From Antedon mediterranea (Eukaryota > Animalia > Echinodermata), in NCBI RefSeq assembly GCF_964355755.1, contig NC_092678.1:18865365-18929364 (forward strand): DNA of 64,000 nt, in the 5' to 3' direction. Position numbers and translations under genes: made by a program. Position 1 is the first letter of the stretch. Each line of letters begins with the position of its first letter. Positions 11,433-23,400 of this stretch are shown one piece after another. The notes below the pieces were generated by a model. It saw only the letters and a list, made by a program, of their open reading frames with translations. It had not been told where the DNA came from and made no database searches.

Positions 11433-14400
11433 TATCATAATTATTCTTATTATCAACATAGATAGATATAAATTGTAGACGATGTTATAGAGAGCTAAAA
11501 CCCACTGTATTTATCAAAATAGTTTGCTATAGGTAGGCTAAATATTACATAATCATTTTATTTTATATTTTAGAAAAAGTATGTGACGATTTGTTGCAAC
11601 TTCTGGACATTCTGACATCAACATGCGGTAAACTCCAACAACTGAACGGCTTTTCCAAACTGGGAGGTTCGCAAAACCTATTTAGTTTTAGATTATGTTT
11701 TCCAGAGGCTAAGAATATAATAGCAAGGGTACGTACATAATTCACTTTAAATATTTATACTTGGTATATATATATACTTGACTTAAGTCAATATCAATAT
11801 TAATTTATTACTAGAAGTTGCAAAATTCAAGTGAATGTTGTGAGTAGCAGCAGATCTATGAAGTGTCCTCAAACAAAATGTAAGCGGCGGACATTGCCTA
11901 CTCGAAGAGGGAGAGAAAGGGGGTTTGGACCCGTGCCGAACAATTGAATGATTATGATTTACGTACAGTCCAATGATAATGTGTTTTGATGACACGGGGA
12001 CCGCTTAATGTTTTTTGCCAAACAAAATAAAGAAAAATATTTTGATTAGCGTCTAATATAAACAAGACAAACTAGTTGTAACCAAAATCCCATTGACATT
12101 CGATTTGTGTGTTTAAATCTACCAAATGTTCTGTTCATGTTTTTAGAAACAATACATATATGTACATGTTAAGTTAAAACATTATATTTTTTATAGGTCG
12201 GAGTTAATATATCTGCATACATTGGAAATGAGATTTCAGAAGACGGCACACTTTTTGTAGCCTTACTTTCATCTGATTCAACAGTCATTGTCTTTCCAGT
12301 TATTCATTTCAGAGTAAGAAAATACTTCACTAATACTCAATAGTTCTGCTTAAATAATTATGTATTCATACTAAATTACTTTTACTAAAATAATGTAAAA
12401 TAAAGAATTGACTGGTGATTTATACATACGTTATTTCAAAATCATGATATTCAACTCATTTTAAGAGGCAATAATTAAATCAAAGTAAATTGTTTGAAGA
12501 CACTTGATATATTGTTTATTCCATGTTGACTTTTTTCCTATTGTAACACTTTAAAGAAAAACAATACTGTAACCCTGCACTAATAACATATTTATGTGAT
12601 CATTACATATTGATATGATAATATAAAACAAACTCCAAAAAAATATATCATGAACCAATCATAAAGTACCAAAGATGAGCAACAGAACAATTCATCTTGG
12701 CTTGCCTCACGTATTATTAGAATCTCTGAAACTTGGTTTTTCTTTTAATTCCCATAAGAACTATTCATTTCTATTACAATTAATGATTATGCAATATTAA
12801 AAATTGTGGTACTTACGTTTACATCATAATACATTCCAGGTACATCTCAAAGACGATGTAACATTCTTCGAAAAAACCTTGACTGATCTCCAGAATTTCG
12901 AACAACATGGCCAACAGCTTGTTTCGTTATCGTTTCTTCCTGATAGCGGTACAGAACACAAATTACTTTCACCGATCACATGTTTGAGTCAATATGAACA
13001 ATATTGCGTAACTCTCACCATAAGGACATTTATATCAGACTGTAAGGATGAATGTATTGATAAATATGCAGAATGGGTACGAGCAATTGAAGATAAATTT
13101 AATTGTGAGATGACTTCAATAAATAGTGTTATTGACGAGTTGTATGGCAAATATATCGGTATGTAGAACGTAATTATTTTGTTTAATATCTTAGGTTAGG
13201 TACAATCATAGCATCGCATTTCTTTAAAATATGCCTACACACAACGCGAGTTAAGTTAGGCTCTCTTGAAAAAATTGTCAAACATGGTGGTTTTTGTAGA
13301 TTTTAACGCAAAAGATCGACTTTGCAAAGTTCTCATAGCTTCAAGAGATTGAAGTTAAAGTTTTAGAAGGGCATTTACATAATTATTCGTTTATCATTTA
13401 CAATTTAGTTGCACCAATTATTACGTCAATCAGTAGATCGATGAACATCAATTCAGAAAAAAGCGTCACATTATACTGTGTAGCCTATGGAGTTCCAGCA
13501 GCAACTGTCCAATGGGAAACGGTTAATGATGAAGGCGAATACGCAAATGTTACAGCTCCATCTACCACTCAGTCAGTTTACGAAATGACAAATATTTCAG
13601 CAACGTAATTTGTTTTTATTATTATTGAACATTTTCAATCTAGCTTTGCTTCATCTTTGTGTTAAATATTGTCATGCACTAATACATGGAAATTTAGAAA
13701 CAAAAGCACTAGGTAAAATTGTAACTTTTTTTAAACATTTATCTTCTTAGACCTTATTCTGTGTATGAAATTATGTATGTAATTAAAGTGTTTTGTATTT
13801 GAAGGTGTGTTTGTCGTGTTTGGAATATAGCAGGTACAATAATCAGCGAGACTGTAGTTATTTCAGTGGAAGGTAAAGTAGACATAAATGATCTGATACT
13901 TTTTAAATTGTAAAATTATTGATTACAAACATCACGATATATACACATTGTGTTTCTACTAAAATACATACATGTCTTGTTTTGTGTACAGTTTTGAAGA
14001 AGTTCCTACCTGACAGAATATACTTTTGTTAAGACAGTGCCATATTCCAAAAAGGGTCATAGCGCCCTCTGTTGTTGGATTTTCGTTGTTGTTGAAAATG
14101 GCGATTGTATCGTCACAGTAAAGTTTGTTATTGTTTAATAAATGAATGATGTTGTTATAATCAATTCGTGTGTGGTACTTATTTGCAAGTAAAGATTCAA
14201 GTAAACAAACCCAGCAACCTCCCAAACAGAACATTTGGTCCCTCGAGCCGGATTACTTGAGAAGTAAGTTATCACATTTTACTGATATAGCCTAGCCTAG
14301 CCTAAACAAGTATGTCTAACCGATCCACGTGCTCCAGTCGCCGATCATCAAAGCTATCGTCGAGGTCATCGAACCATAGAGCCTCGGTGTTAGCAGATGC

Positions 14401-17400
14401 CGCTGCTGCCGAGACAGAAGCCATGGCTGCAGTGGAAATTGCATCTAAAGAAGCCGAGTTACATATACTAAAGGCGAGGAGCAAGGCACAGGCCCTACGA
14501 GCACAAGCGGACACACTCACCGCCGTTCTAAATGAAGACCTACATGAATTGTTAACCACATCTCCCAACGAAACGTCCGAAGATCATGTGAAGAAATTCC
14601 TGGCAGACACAACAATGACTGACATCAACCTTACAGAAAGCAGTCCAGAACCCGTTACAAGGACTGTTACGGTACCGGTCAGTGAAAGCGTTGTTGCTAC
14701 TACTAGCAGTGCTAGTATTATTAATCGGACAGAAATACAGAATGCAGCCAGACCGAAAGTGTGTACTCAACAAACTTATGCGGTAAACAGTATGATGAAT
14801 CAGTACACACCCATACAAACCATCTCACCACACGGGGTGGCGAACACTAAACCTACGTTTACCATGGTTACTGATGTAATGAGTACAAGACCCTGGATGT
14901 CCAGTTTCACTAGTAATGCACAAAGTACAATACCGCATATGCCAGTGCCTATGAATGATGTGCAAAATATTACACAACATCAGATGCATGCCGTTACGAC
15001 AAGTAACGTACGGAATACTGGACTTTGTACTGACATACCGGTACTAAATTCTACTGCATCATCATTCAATCCATCTCCTGGAGTACCGGCATACCAACCG
15101 ACATACCAACCAACGACCCAGAGTATTAACCCAGTGTTTGGTATTAGTAGAGTTTGGGATGGTTTACCAAAACTGAATATACCAAAATTCTGTGATGAAC
15201 ACGATGTTAAGCAGTATGTGACATTTAAATCAGTATGGGATAGTGTGATGAGTCAGGCGAAATTACAGCTACCCGAAGCAACTAAGTTTGCATATTTACG
15301 TAGTCACCTTGGCGGACGACCATTAGCAATGGCTGACCGTAACCTCATGCTAGGAGATGACGCTTACAAGGAAACCATGAAACAGTTGGAGAAGGCCTTT
15401 GGTGATCCCAGTAGAATCGTTCAAGGGTTATTGGACCAGCTCCAGGTACGCCCTACAATACATCAAGGGGACTGGGCTGGTCTCAGAGATTTTTCGGATG
15501 AACTGGTAACTGTGGTCCAGACTGCCAACAAATTAAACCATGGGAATGAGCTGAATCACCATCGGTATGCGGCAGACCTGACAAAGAAACTACCAGACAG
15601 GCTCCACGATGAGTTCCTATTCAAGATGTGGAAACAGGAAAAGGGAATGATCTATACTGTTCAAAACCTTTCAACATGGTTAGAGGAGAAAACAGGACCA
15701 GCTGGTCTAATACTGCTAGAAAAAATGAGTCATGGTACAGGAGACCAAAAACCATATGCAACCGCTAAACAGCAGAAGAAACGTGAACAACCGCCTGCCA
15801 CGAAGGCTTATATTACTCAAAGTAGTTCAAAGGCTAAGAAGCGTGTTACATGCCTGTATTGTGATGTTGATGAAAGCGGACATTACCTAGAAACATGTGG
15901 TAACTTCTCCAAGATTAGCTATGCAGACAAAATTAAATGGTTGGAGACCACCAACCGGTGCAAAAAGTGTGCTAAGAAGCATGATGGTGTTTGCCCATTT
16001 CCAAAAAGGTGCAAGGAATGTAAAAAGGACCACAGAAGTAGTCTCCACAAAGTGATTGCACCAGCACCAGCCCCAGCTCCAGTTGAACCAGTACCTAATC
16101 CAACTCAACTATGTACTGGAATGGGTTTAACTGCTAAACTTGACTACCACGATGTACTAATCAAAGTTGTACCCCTAACCATCTATGGTGCCAAAGGTTT
16201 AGTAAACACATACGGTGTTCTTGATGAGTGTGCAGAACGCACGATGGTATCAGAAAGATTGATAAATGAACTGGGCATTAATGGTGAGGAAGAGTCAATC
16301 AAAGTTAAAACGGTAACAGGTGACACTGACTGGAAAGGAAAATGTGTGGACTTCACCCTCTCGCCCAGAGAAGAACCAGACCAGACATTCAATATCAAGT
16401 GTGCCTTTGCCGCCACTAAAGTCCAACTTGGGGATTATACAGTTTCTGCGGAGAGGTTGCAGTCAAAATGGCCACACCTTAGAGGACTACCATTATTTAC
16501 TGCCGAAAAGGTGCAGCCGACGATATTGATTGGTGCCGATAACATTGAATGTACTCTGTCGTTGGAAACTAGAAGAGGACCCAAAACGGGTTCACCAGTT
16601 GCGGTCAAGACACTATTTGGTTGGACTGTACAGGGAAAGCAGGGTCTCCAGAAACAAGGAAAGCTACTAGGACATCCTCAGATGATGTACACTAGCACTC
16701 AACCAGAACATAAGCTGCACCAATTAATGGAAAGATTTATGGCGGTAGATGTGTTGCACCATGTAAATCCAAAGGAATCAGTGCGGTCAAAGAATGACAA
16801 GTTTGCTATTCAGACATTGGAAAATGGTACCAAGCAGGTCGAGGTCCAAGGTGTACAAAGACTCCAGACACCACTCCTGTGGAAACCTGGGTACAGACCC
16901 CCGTCTAGTACACCAAGATGTGTTCAGAGCCTAGCTCTTTCTACCCAGAGAAAAATATCCCGCAAACCAGAGTTGGTAGACTTCTGTCGATCAAATATTA
17001 ACAAGCTGAAGACGAACGGCTCCATACGAGTTATAGGGCCAGTCGACACATTGTCTCCGGAGCAGCAATTAGGATGGTACATCCCCTGTCATGTGGTACA
17101 CAGTAGTGGGAAGTACAGACTTGTCTTCAACTGTTCGTTTGAATATGATGGTCAGAATCTGAACGATGAGTTACTCGCTGGACCGACTCTAAGTCCAGCA
17201 CTATTGGACGTGCTGCTACGTTTCCGACAAGGACGCGTTGGAGTATCCGGCGATATCACCGCAATGTTCCATCAAGTGAGACTGACCCCAGAAGACCGAC
17301 GTATGTTGCGATTCCTCTGGTGGGACGACGAGATGGATACTTGGCTTGTAATGGAGTGGTTGGTACTCCCATTTGGAGCTGCTTGTAGCCCTTGTTGTGC

Positions 17401-20400
17401 AACATTTGCCTTACAAAGGGTGGCAAATGATAGAAAAGATCGCTACCCAATTGTCAAGGATACCATCGAAAATGAGACATATGTGGATAATCAACTAGCC
17501 AGTCGTAACACTATATCAGAAGCCAAGGAACTTGTAGATAAGACACGTGAGTGTCTAAATGAAGCTGGGTTCCAAATGGTAAAATATGCCAGCAGCCATC
17601 GAGATGTAGTTGAACACTTACCCACTGACGTGCAGTCCGGTCATCAATTGCAGTCACTTTCCCTCAGTCAAATTAATGGGGAACCAGAGGCAGCTTTAGG
17701 ACTTTATTGGGATTGTCACAGTGATGAGTTATACCACCCAGCCAAATCTCCAGATAACCGAAAACTTACCAAACGCAATGCTCTCAGAGTGCTTGCCAGT
17801 CAGTTTGAACCACTCGGAGATATAGCACCTTTCACATCCAGAGCCAAAACGATTGTTCAAGAACTCTGGTCAACAAAGCTTGATTGGGATGAAGAAGTAA
17901 AAGATCCTGACATTCGACAAAGGTGGGAAGAATGGTGTGATGAATTGGAGAAAGTTCCATCAATAAGAATACAGCGGTGCTATACACCATCTAACATGAG
18001 CAGCACAATTGTAAAAAGGACATTACATGTGTTTTGTGATGCCTCAGAGAAGCTTTATGGTGCCGTTGCCTACTTACGCTCAATGGATAGTGACGGTAGT
18101 GTTCACATGAGTTTCGTGTTGGCCAAATGCAGAGTAGCACCAAAACGCCTAACTTCCATACCACGCCTGGAATTACTTGGGGCTCTTCTTGGTGCACAAC
18201 TAGCTCAGACTATCACCAATGCACTCACCCTGGATGTGGAACATATTAATATGTGGAGTGATTCAACAACAGTTCTTACATGGATACAATCAGATTCCTG
18301 TCGTTTCAAGGTGTTTGTGGGGACTCGGATAGCTGAAATCCAGACGTTGACATCCGACAGTGTGTGGCGTTATGTGCGAACAGATGAAAACCCTGCAGAT
18401 GACATTACTCGAGGTCTGTCAGTGACAGAGCTCGGAAAAGGATCCAGATGGACTGATGGACCTTCATGGCTGCTAGAGGCAGAAGATACATGGCAGAGTC
18501 ATAGTGCCTCAGTGCTGGCACGAACTCGAGTCTCATCATTAAATTCATCTGTAGATACCAACGAGATAAAGAAGTCCCTATTTTGTGGTGTAACCTTGGC
18601 GACTCCAGTACAGAATATAGATTTGGAAGAATTCTCGACCTGGCCAGAACTTGTACAAGCACTGGGAGAGAAACTCAACGCAGTTGATGGACAAGATTCA
18701 GTTGTATTAACTGCAGAACAAGTATGTGATGCCGAATATCAACTCTTACAACGAGCCCAACAAGAATCATTTAAAGAAGAGATTGCGACGCTCAAAACCC
18801 AGAAAGAAATACCGAAGAGTAGTCGTCTGTTGGAGCTCTCTCCAGAGCTGGATGAAACGACAAATCTAATTAGAGTTGGTGGACGTTTAAGGAAAATGGA
18901 TAACAAAACTAGTGTAGAACCACATCCAATTGTCCTCCCATCATCACATCCAGTAACCAAGTTGCTTGTCCAGGATGCTGACAATCATTTCAGCCACCAG
19001 GCCGGAACCGAGCAAGTTTTCGCCTATCTGCGTCATCGCTTCTGGATATTGAGAGGACGAACCTCTGTTAAAGGTATACTCAGAAAATGCTCTGACTGCA
19101 AACGTTGGCGGCAGAAACCACTGATACCCAGAATGGCTGATTTGCCGGAATCCCGATTAAGGGTGAATAAGCCTCCTTTCTATTCTACCGGGATGGATTG
19201 CTTTGGTCCAATTGCAGTGAAAGTTAGGCGGTCACAAGAGAAGCGTTGGGGCCTTGTCTTCAAGTGTATGACGACCCGTGCCGTTCATCTAGAACTGTTA
19301 GAGTCTCTTGATGTGGATCATTTTCTGATGGCGTATAGGCGTTTTGCCTCACGCAGAGGAGTACCATATGAGCTCCGTAGTGACTGTGGGACAAACTTCA
19401 AGGGAGCGGAGAAAGAGATTGAGACTGCACTGAAGGCAATGGAACCAGAGTTGACCAGTCGTCTGGCAAAATTTAAAGTGAGATTTTGCTTCAACCCTCC
19501 AAGTGCTCCTCATTTCGGTGGATTGTGGGAGCGGGAAGTGCGCTCTATCAAATGTGCGCTGAAAGGGGTTCTACGAGACCGAGTAGTACCTGATGTTGTG
19601 CTACGTACTGTTCTGACGGAAGTGGAAGGTATTATGAACTCTAAACCTCTTGGCTACGCATCCTCCGAGATAGCTGATATCGACCCAGTTACGCCAAATA
19701 TGTTGTTGATGGGGCGGCGGGATCCTGCCCTACCTATGGTGGTGTACGACGAGTCAGAACTGAAAGGACGGCGTAATTGGCGACATAGTCAAGTTCTAGC
19801 GGATCAGTTTTGGCGTCAGTTCATCAGGTCATACTTACCGACTCTGCAAAGGCGCCAGAAGTGGCAGAAGGAAGTCGAAAACTTAGAAGTTGGAGACGTG
19901 GTGATGATAGTAGATCCCCAGTTGAGCCGATCTCAGTGGCCAGTCGGTGTTGTTTCGGTACTCTATCCAAGTAGTGACAACCAAGTGAGAGTGGTGGATG
20001 TTCGTGTCAACAAAAAGGCTTATCGACGACCAGTGGCAAAGCTCGTGAAGTTGATGAAATGTGACGATCAAGTCGAAGAATCGAGCCCGTGATTATTAGT
20101 TTTGACTTAAAAGGCGCGTAATTTTATGCAACTTAAATCATTTTAATGTTAAAAGAAATTTAATCTGTTGATTAATAATACAGAAAAATAAGTACATGAC
20201 TTGATACCTTGATTGATAAGGCGAATTTCCTAAGAAATTCGGGGGCGGCTGTTAAGACAGTGCCATATTCCAAAAAGGGTCATAGCGCCCTCTGTTGTTG
20301 GATTTTCGTTGTTGTTGAAAATGGCGATTGTATCGTCACAGTAAAGTTTGTTATTGTTTAATAAATGAATGATGTTGTTATAATCAATTCGTGTGTGGTA

Positions 20401-23400
20401 CTTATTTGCAAGTAAAGATTCAAGTAAACAAACCCAGCAACCTCCCAAACAGAACAACTTTAGCCACTCAATCCTATATAATCTTATTGTACCTCCCCAG
20501 CATTTTTCTCTACTGAACTAGCATGTTGACACGGTTACTGTTACTGTTTCTTTAAATAAATGTTTGCTTTTAAAGATGTTCGTCTATTATGTACACTTTG
20601 TTTTCATTGAAGAGAGTTCCATAATTTTATTTTGTAAAACAATCAACTGTTCGATACAGTGTTGCCATGCTGGTCAAAAGTATTTTTATATCTTAATTCT
20701 TATATTGTTTAAATGTCTTGGATGTATTACCAATTAACAATGTTGTTTAGTTTAGAGACTATTGTGTAAAAGTGCATTACTAAATGTATTTTGAATTTAC
20801 TTTTTCCTAAGGTTAGTCGTGTATCTGTTTTATTCTGCTACATCGTAACTATATTATTCCCATTATCTCTTATTAGATTCATCCTGTACTGATCGTTATG
20901 CGTCAACTCGTGAATTTTCACAATCGAAGACAGAATGCTACAATACCACCATCACCAATATCGCGCCAACAAATCAACCAAATGAATTTGAAGGTCTTCC
21001 TAAATTATACGATGGCACCTTTGTTCAAGGATCTGTTCTGTACAGTATGTCACTTTCTCCTTCAAACTTTGACATTGGTAATGAATCGTTATTCGGGTCT
21101 AGTGCGGTAGACTACGATTACGTCATCATTTCTATAGAATCCATCATGTTGAATCTAAATACAGATGTTGTAGTTTACTCTCAAACGTTTGATGGAATAA
21201 TAATTAGTCCTGAAAAAGAAAGTATTCAAATTATTGATTTGGTATTTGATCAACCAATCAAAATCAAAAGCACATCTACGTATGAGGTTGCACTAACTAC
21301 TACCCATTCTTATCCTCCTGTCCAAATGTCTGGTGAAGCGATTGAAATTAAACAAGTTAGTTGTGAAAATGGATCAACTGAATGTTCGAGTTTTTTAAAA
21401 GTCTGGAATAAATTGGTGTCGGATCAGGTGAATTCTGGATGCAGCCGGACAGACGTTGAATTTACAGCCCTTAAACTTTGTTTTGGAAATTTTTTTGGAG
21501 GTATGTTCAAATAATAAGTCTATCATTAGGCCTGTATTTGAATACGCTTCACCTGTCTGGTTTCCATTTCTGCAAAGCACCATCAATCGGATTGAATCTG
21601 TTCAGAGACGCTTTACACGATCATGCTTCCCACGTTTTTTTTACATGGATTATGACATGCAGCCGTCATACGAACAAAGGTTACGGACTCTAAAATTACC
21701 CACGATTTATAATAGACTTAAATTCATCCGTGTTAAATTTGTTGTGAAGTGGCTCTGTACAGATTTCCTAATTGATGGTGCTTTGCTACCTAAACCTGTT
21801 GAACGTAGAAGTGAGAAACTTGTTTTCAGACATGAGAAGTCTCGTACTAATGCTTTTTTTTATTCTGTTTTTATTTCATTTCCACGGATGTGGGATGAGA
21901 TTCCGGTATATATCACTGACATGTTTATTTATAATGATTGCAATTTTTATTCTGTTTTATATAAATTCTATGTTACCGGGTTGTTAAATGTTTAACCTTG
22001 TTAATGTTATTTTGCCACCAGCACTATCAGGAGAGTCTTTTATAGCGATATTTTTGCTTTTTGACAATCCGCCAGGATAGTGTCCTGCGTTTTTTCTCTG
22101 CTTGTTGTTGTTCTATGTAATTTATGCTTTTTGTATTATTGTTTTATTTTTCTGGATAATAATGAATATGAATATGAAATAATATGTGACATATTTAATG
22201 AGATAATTGAGATAGAAATAACTATTATGTTATTCAATTACAGAATGCCGTACTTTATTTCTAGAAACCTAATTTTTGTATTAGAATTAAAAGTCCAGTG
22301 TTAACTTTACCACCTCTATGTTTAAAGAATACAAGAATAACTTTCCTGAATATTGTTATTTTTAGCTCCCCAGGTAGTTCGTAACCCTAAATCTCATGTT
22401 GGCGAGATTGATCAGACAGTTACACTGGACTGCATTATAGAAAATGTGGAGTTTTATGAATGGTATAAAAACGGCGACCGTATCCCCAATGCTAACAGTC
22501 CTACTTACAGGGTGCTGCTAGACCAAGGCCAGAACCAGGGTGATTACACGTGTTCTGGTTATAGATCTCAAGATGGAGAAAACGCAGTATCAGACGTTGC
22601 TACAGTGCTTATAACAGGTAAGTCACTTTATGGATATAGATATTGTTACAGTATAGGTTCCAGAAAACATCATCTAAACGTAGAACTACTAACAAGATAT
22701 AGCAGAATATCCCAATCCATTATGTAGTAAACAGTTTCAACTCGGCTGAAATTCCATTCATGTTGCTCAGCTTAGTACATTTCTATATATATTGTCATAT
22801 GGTCCAATGATTGATAGGAAATTTTTTTTTTAAATTCATTTTAATAATTATAACAATTGTAATATTTGCAATTTATTGAGTCTTCCAACTACTATGTTTT
22901 ATATCCTTTTTTTTTAAATAATAAATAAATAAAATACCATTATGTGTTACATATTACAACATTTATAATAAGTATATATAGTTCTTCTTCTTGACAATTG
23001 TTATTACTGTAGCCTATGTTTCTATAGACCCCAATATCTTTATATGGTAATGCTTTAGTACACTGTTTATTTTCAATTTTATTAGGATTGTCTACTTTTA
23101 GAGTAAATGTTACATTCAACAACATTTCGTTTGAAGAGAAATATGGCGACAAGAAAAGTTCGGGATTTCAAAATTTTACTGATGAATTGCGGGTTTCTGT
23201 GAGTATAATTCATGTAATGGTGTAGTAAAAGTAATAAAATAACTGGTTTATGGGATTTAGTTATATAACTTGACCATGTTAGCACTCGAAACAAACCTAA
23301 CAACATAAATTGTTATAAACTACACATTATGAAAAACAAGGTCATATACATAGCTGCAGTCACGTGCGCAAATTTGAGTTAGTGTTTACCTACCGACCAA

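Larger units (their letters stand above)
14027..20456 (+). mobile_element. Full-length BEL/Pao LTR retrotransposon
   Basis: 207-bp TG...CA LTRs at 14027-14233 and 20250-20456. 5-bp TSD ACTTT at 14022-14026 and 20457-20461. PBS, PPT and a single gag-pol ORF are present. Confidence 0.97.

Noticed and set aside
13959-14234. Duplicate 91-aa and 75-aa minus-strand ORFs (second at 20230-20457)
   Set aside because: They are antisense translations of the two identical LTRs.
14302-20071. Short antisense and alternate-frame ORFs inside gag-pol
   Set aside because: Shadow ORFs of a long coding region. No env-like or accessory ORF was seen before the 3' LTR.
13992-20535. Possible host exon interrupted by the BEL element (CAG acceptor at 13991, YCTSPAFF-like remnant near 20485)
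   Set aside because: After removing the element, all three frames hit stops. Exons 13872 and 20877 already join in phase. At most a decayed exon.
21456-21995. Apparent fusion of host exon Y with a LINE ORF
   Set aside because: The frames differ and a good donor at 21501 precedes the LINE. The overlap is only read-through in the ORF track.
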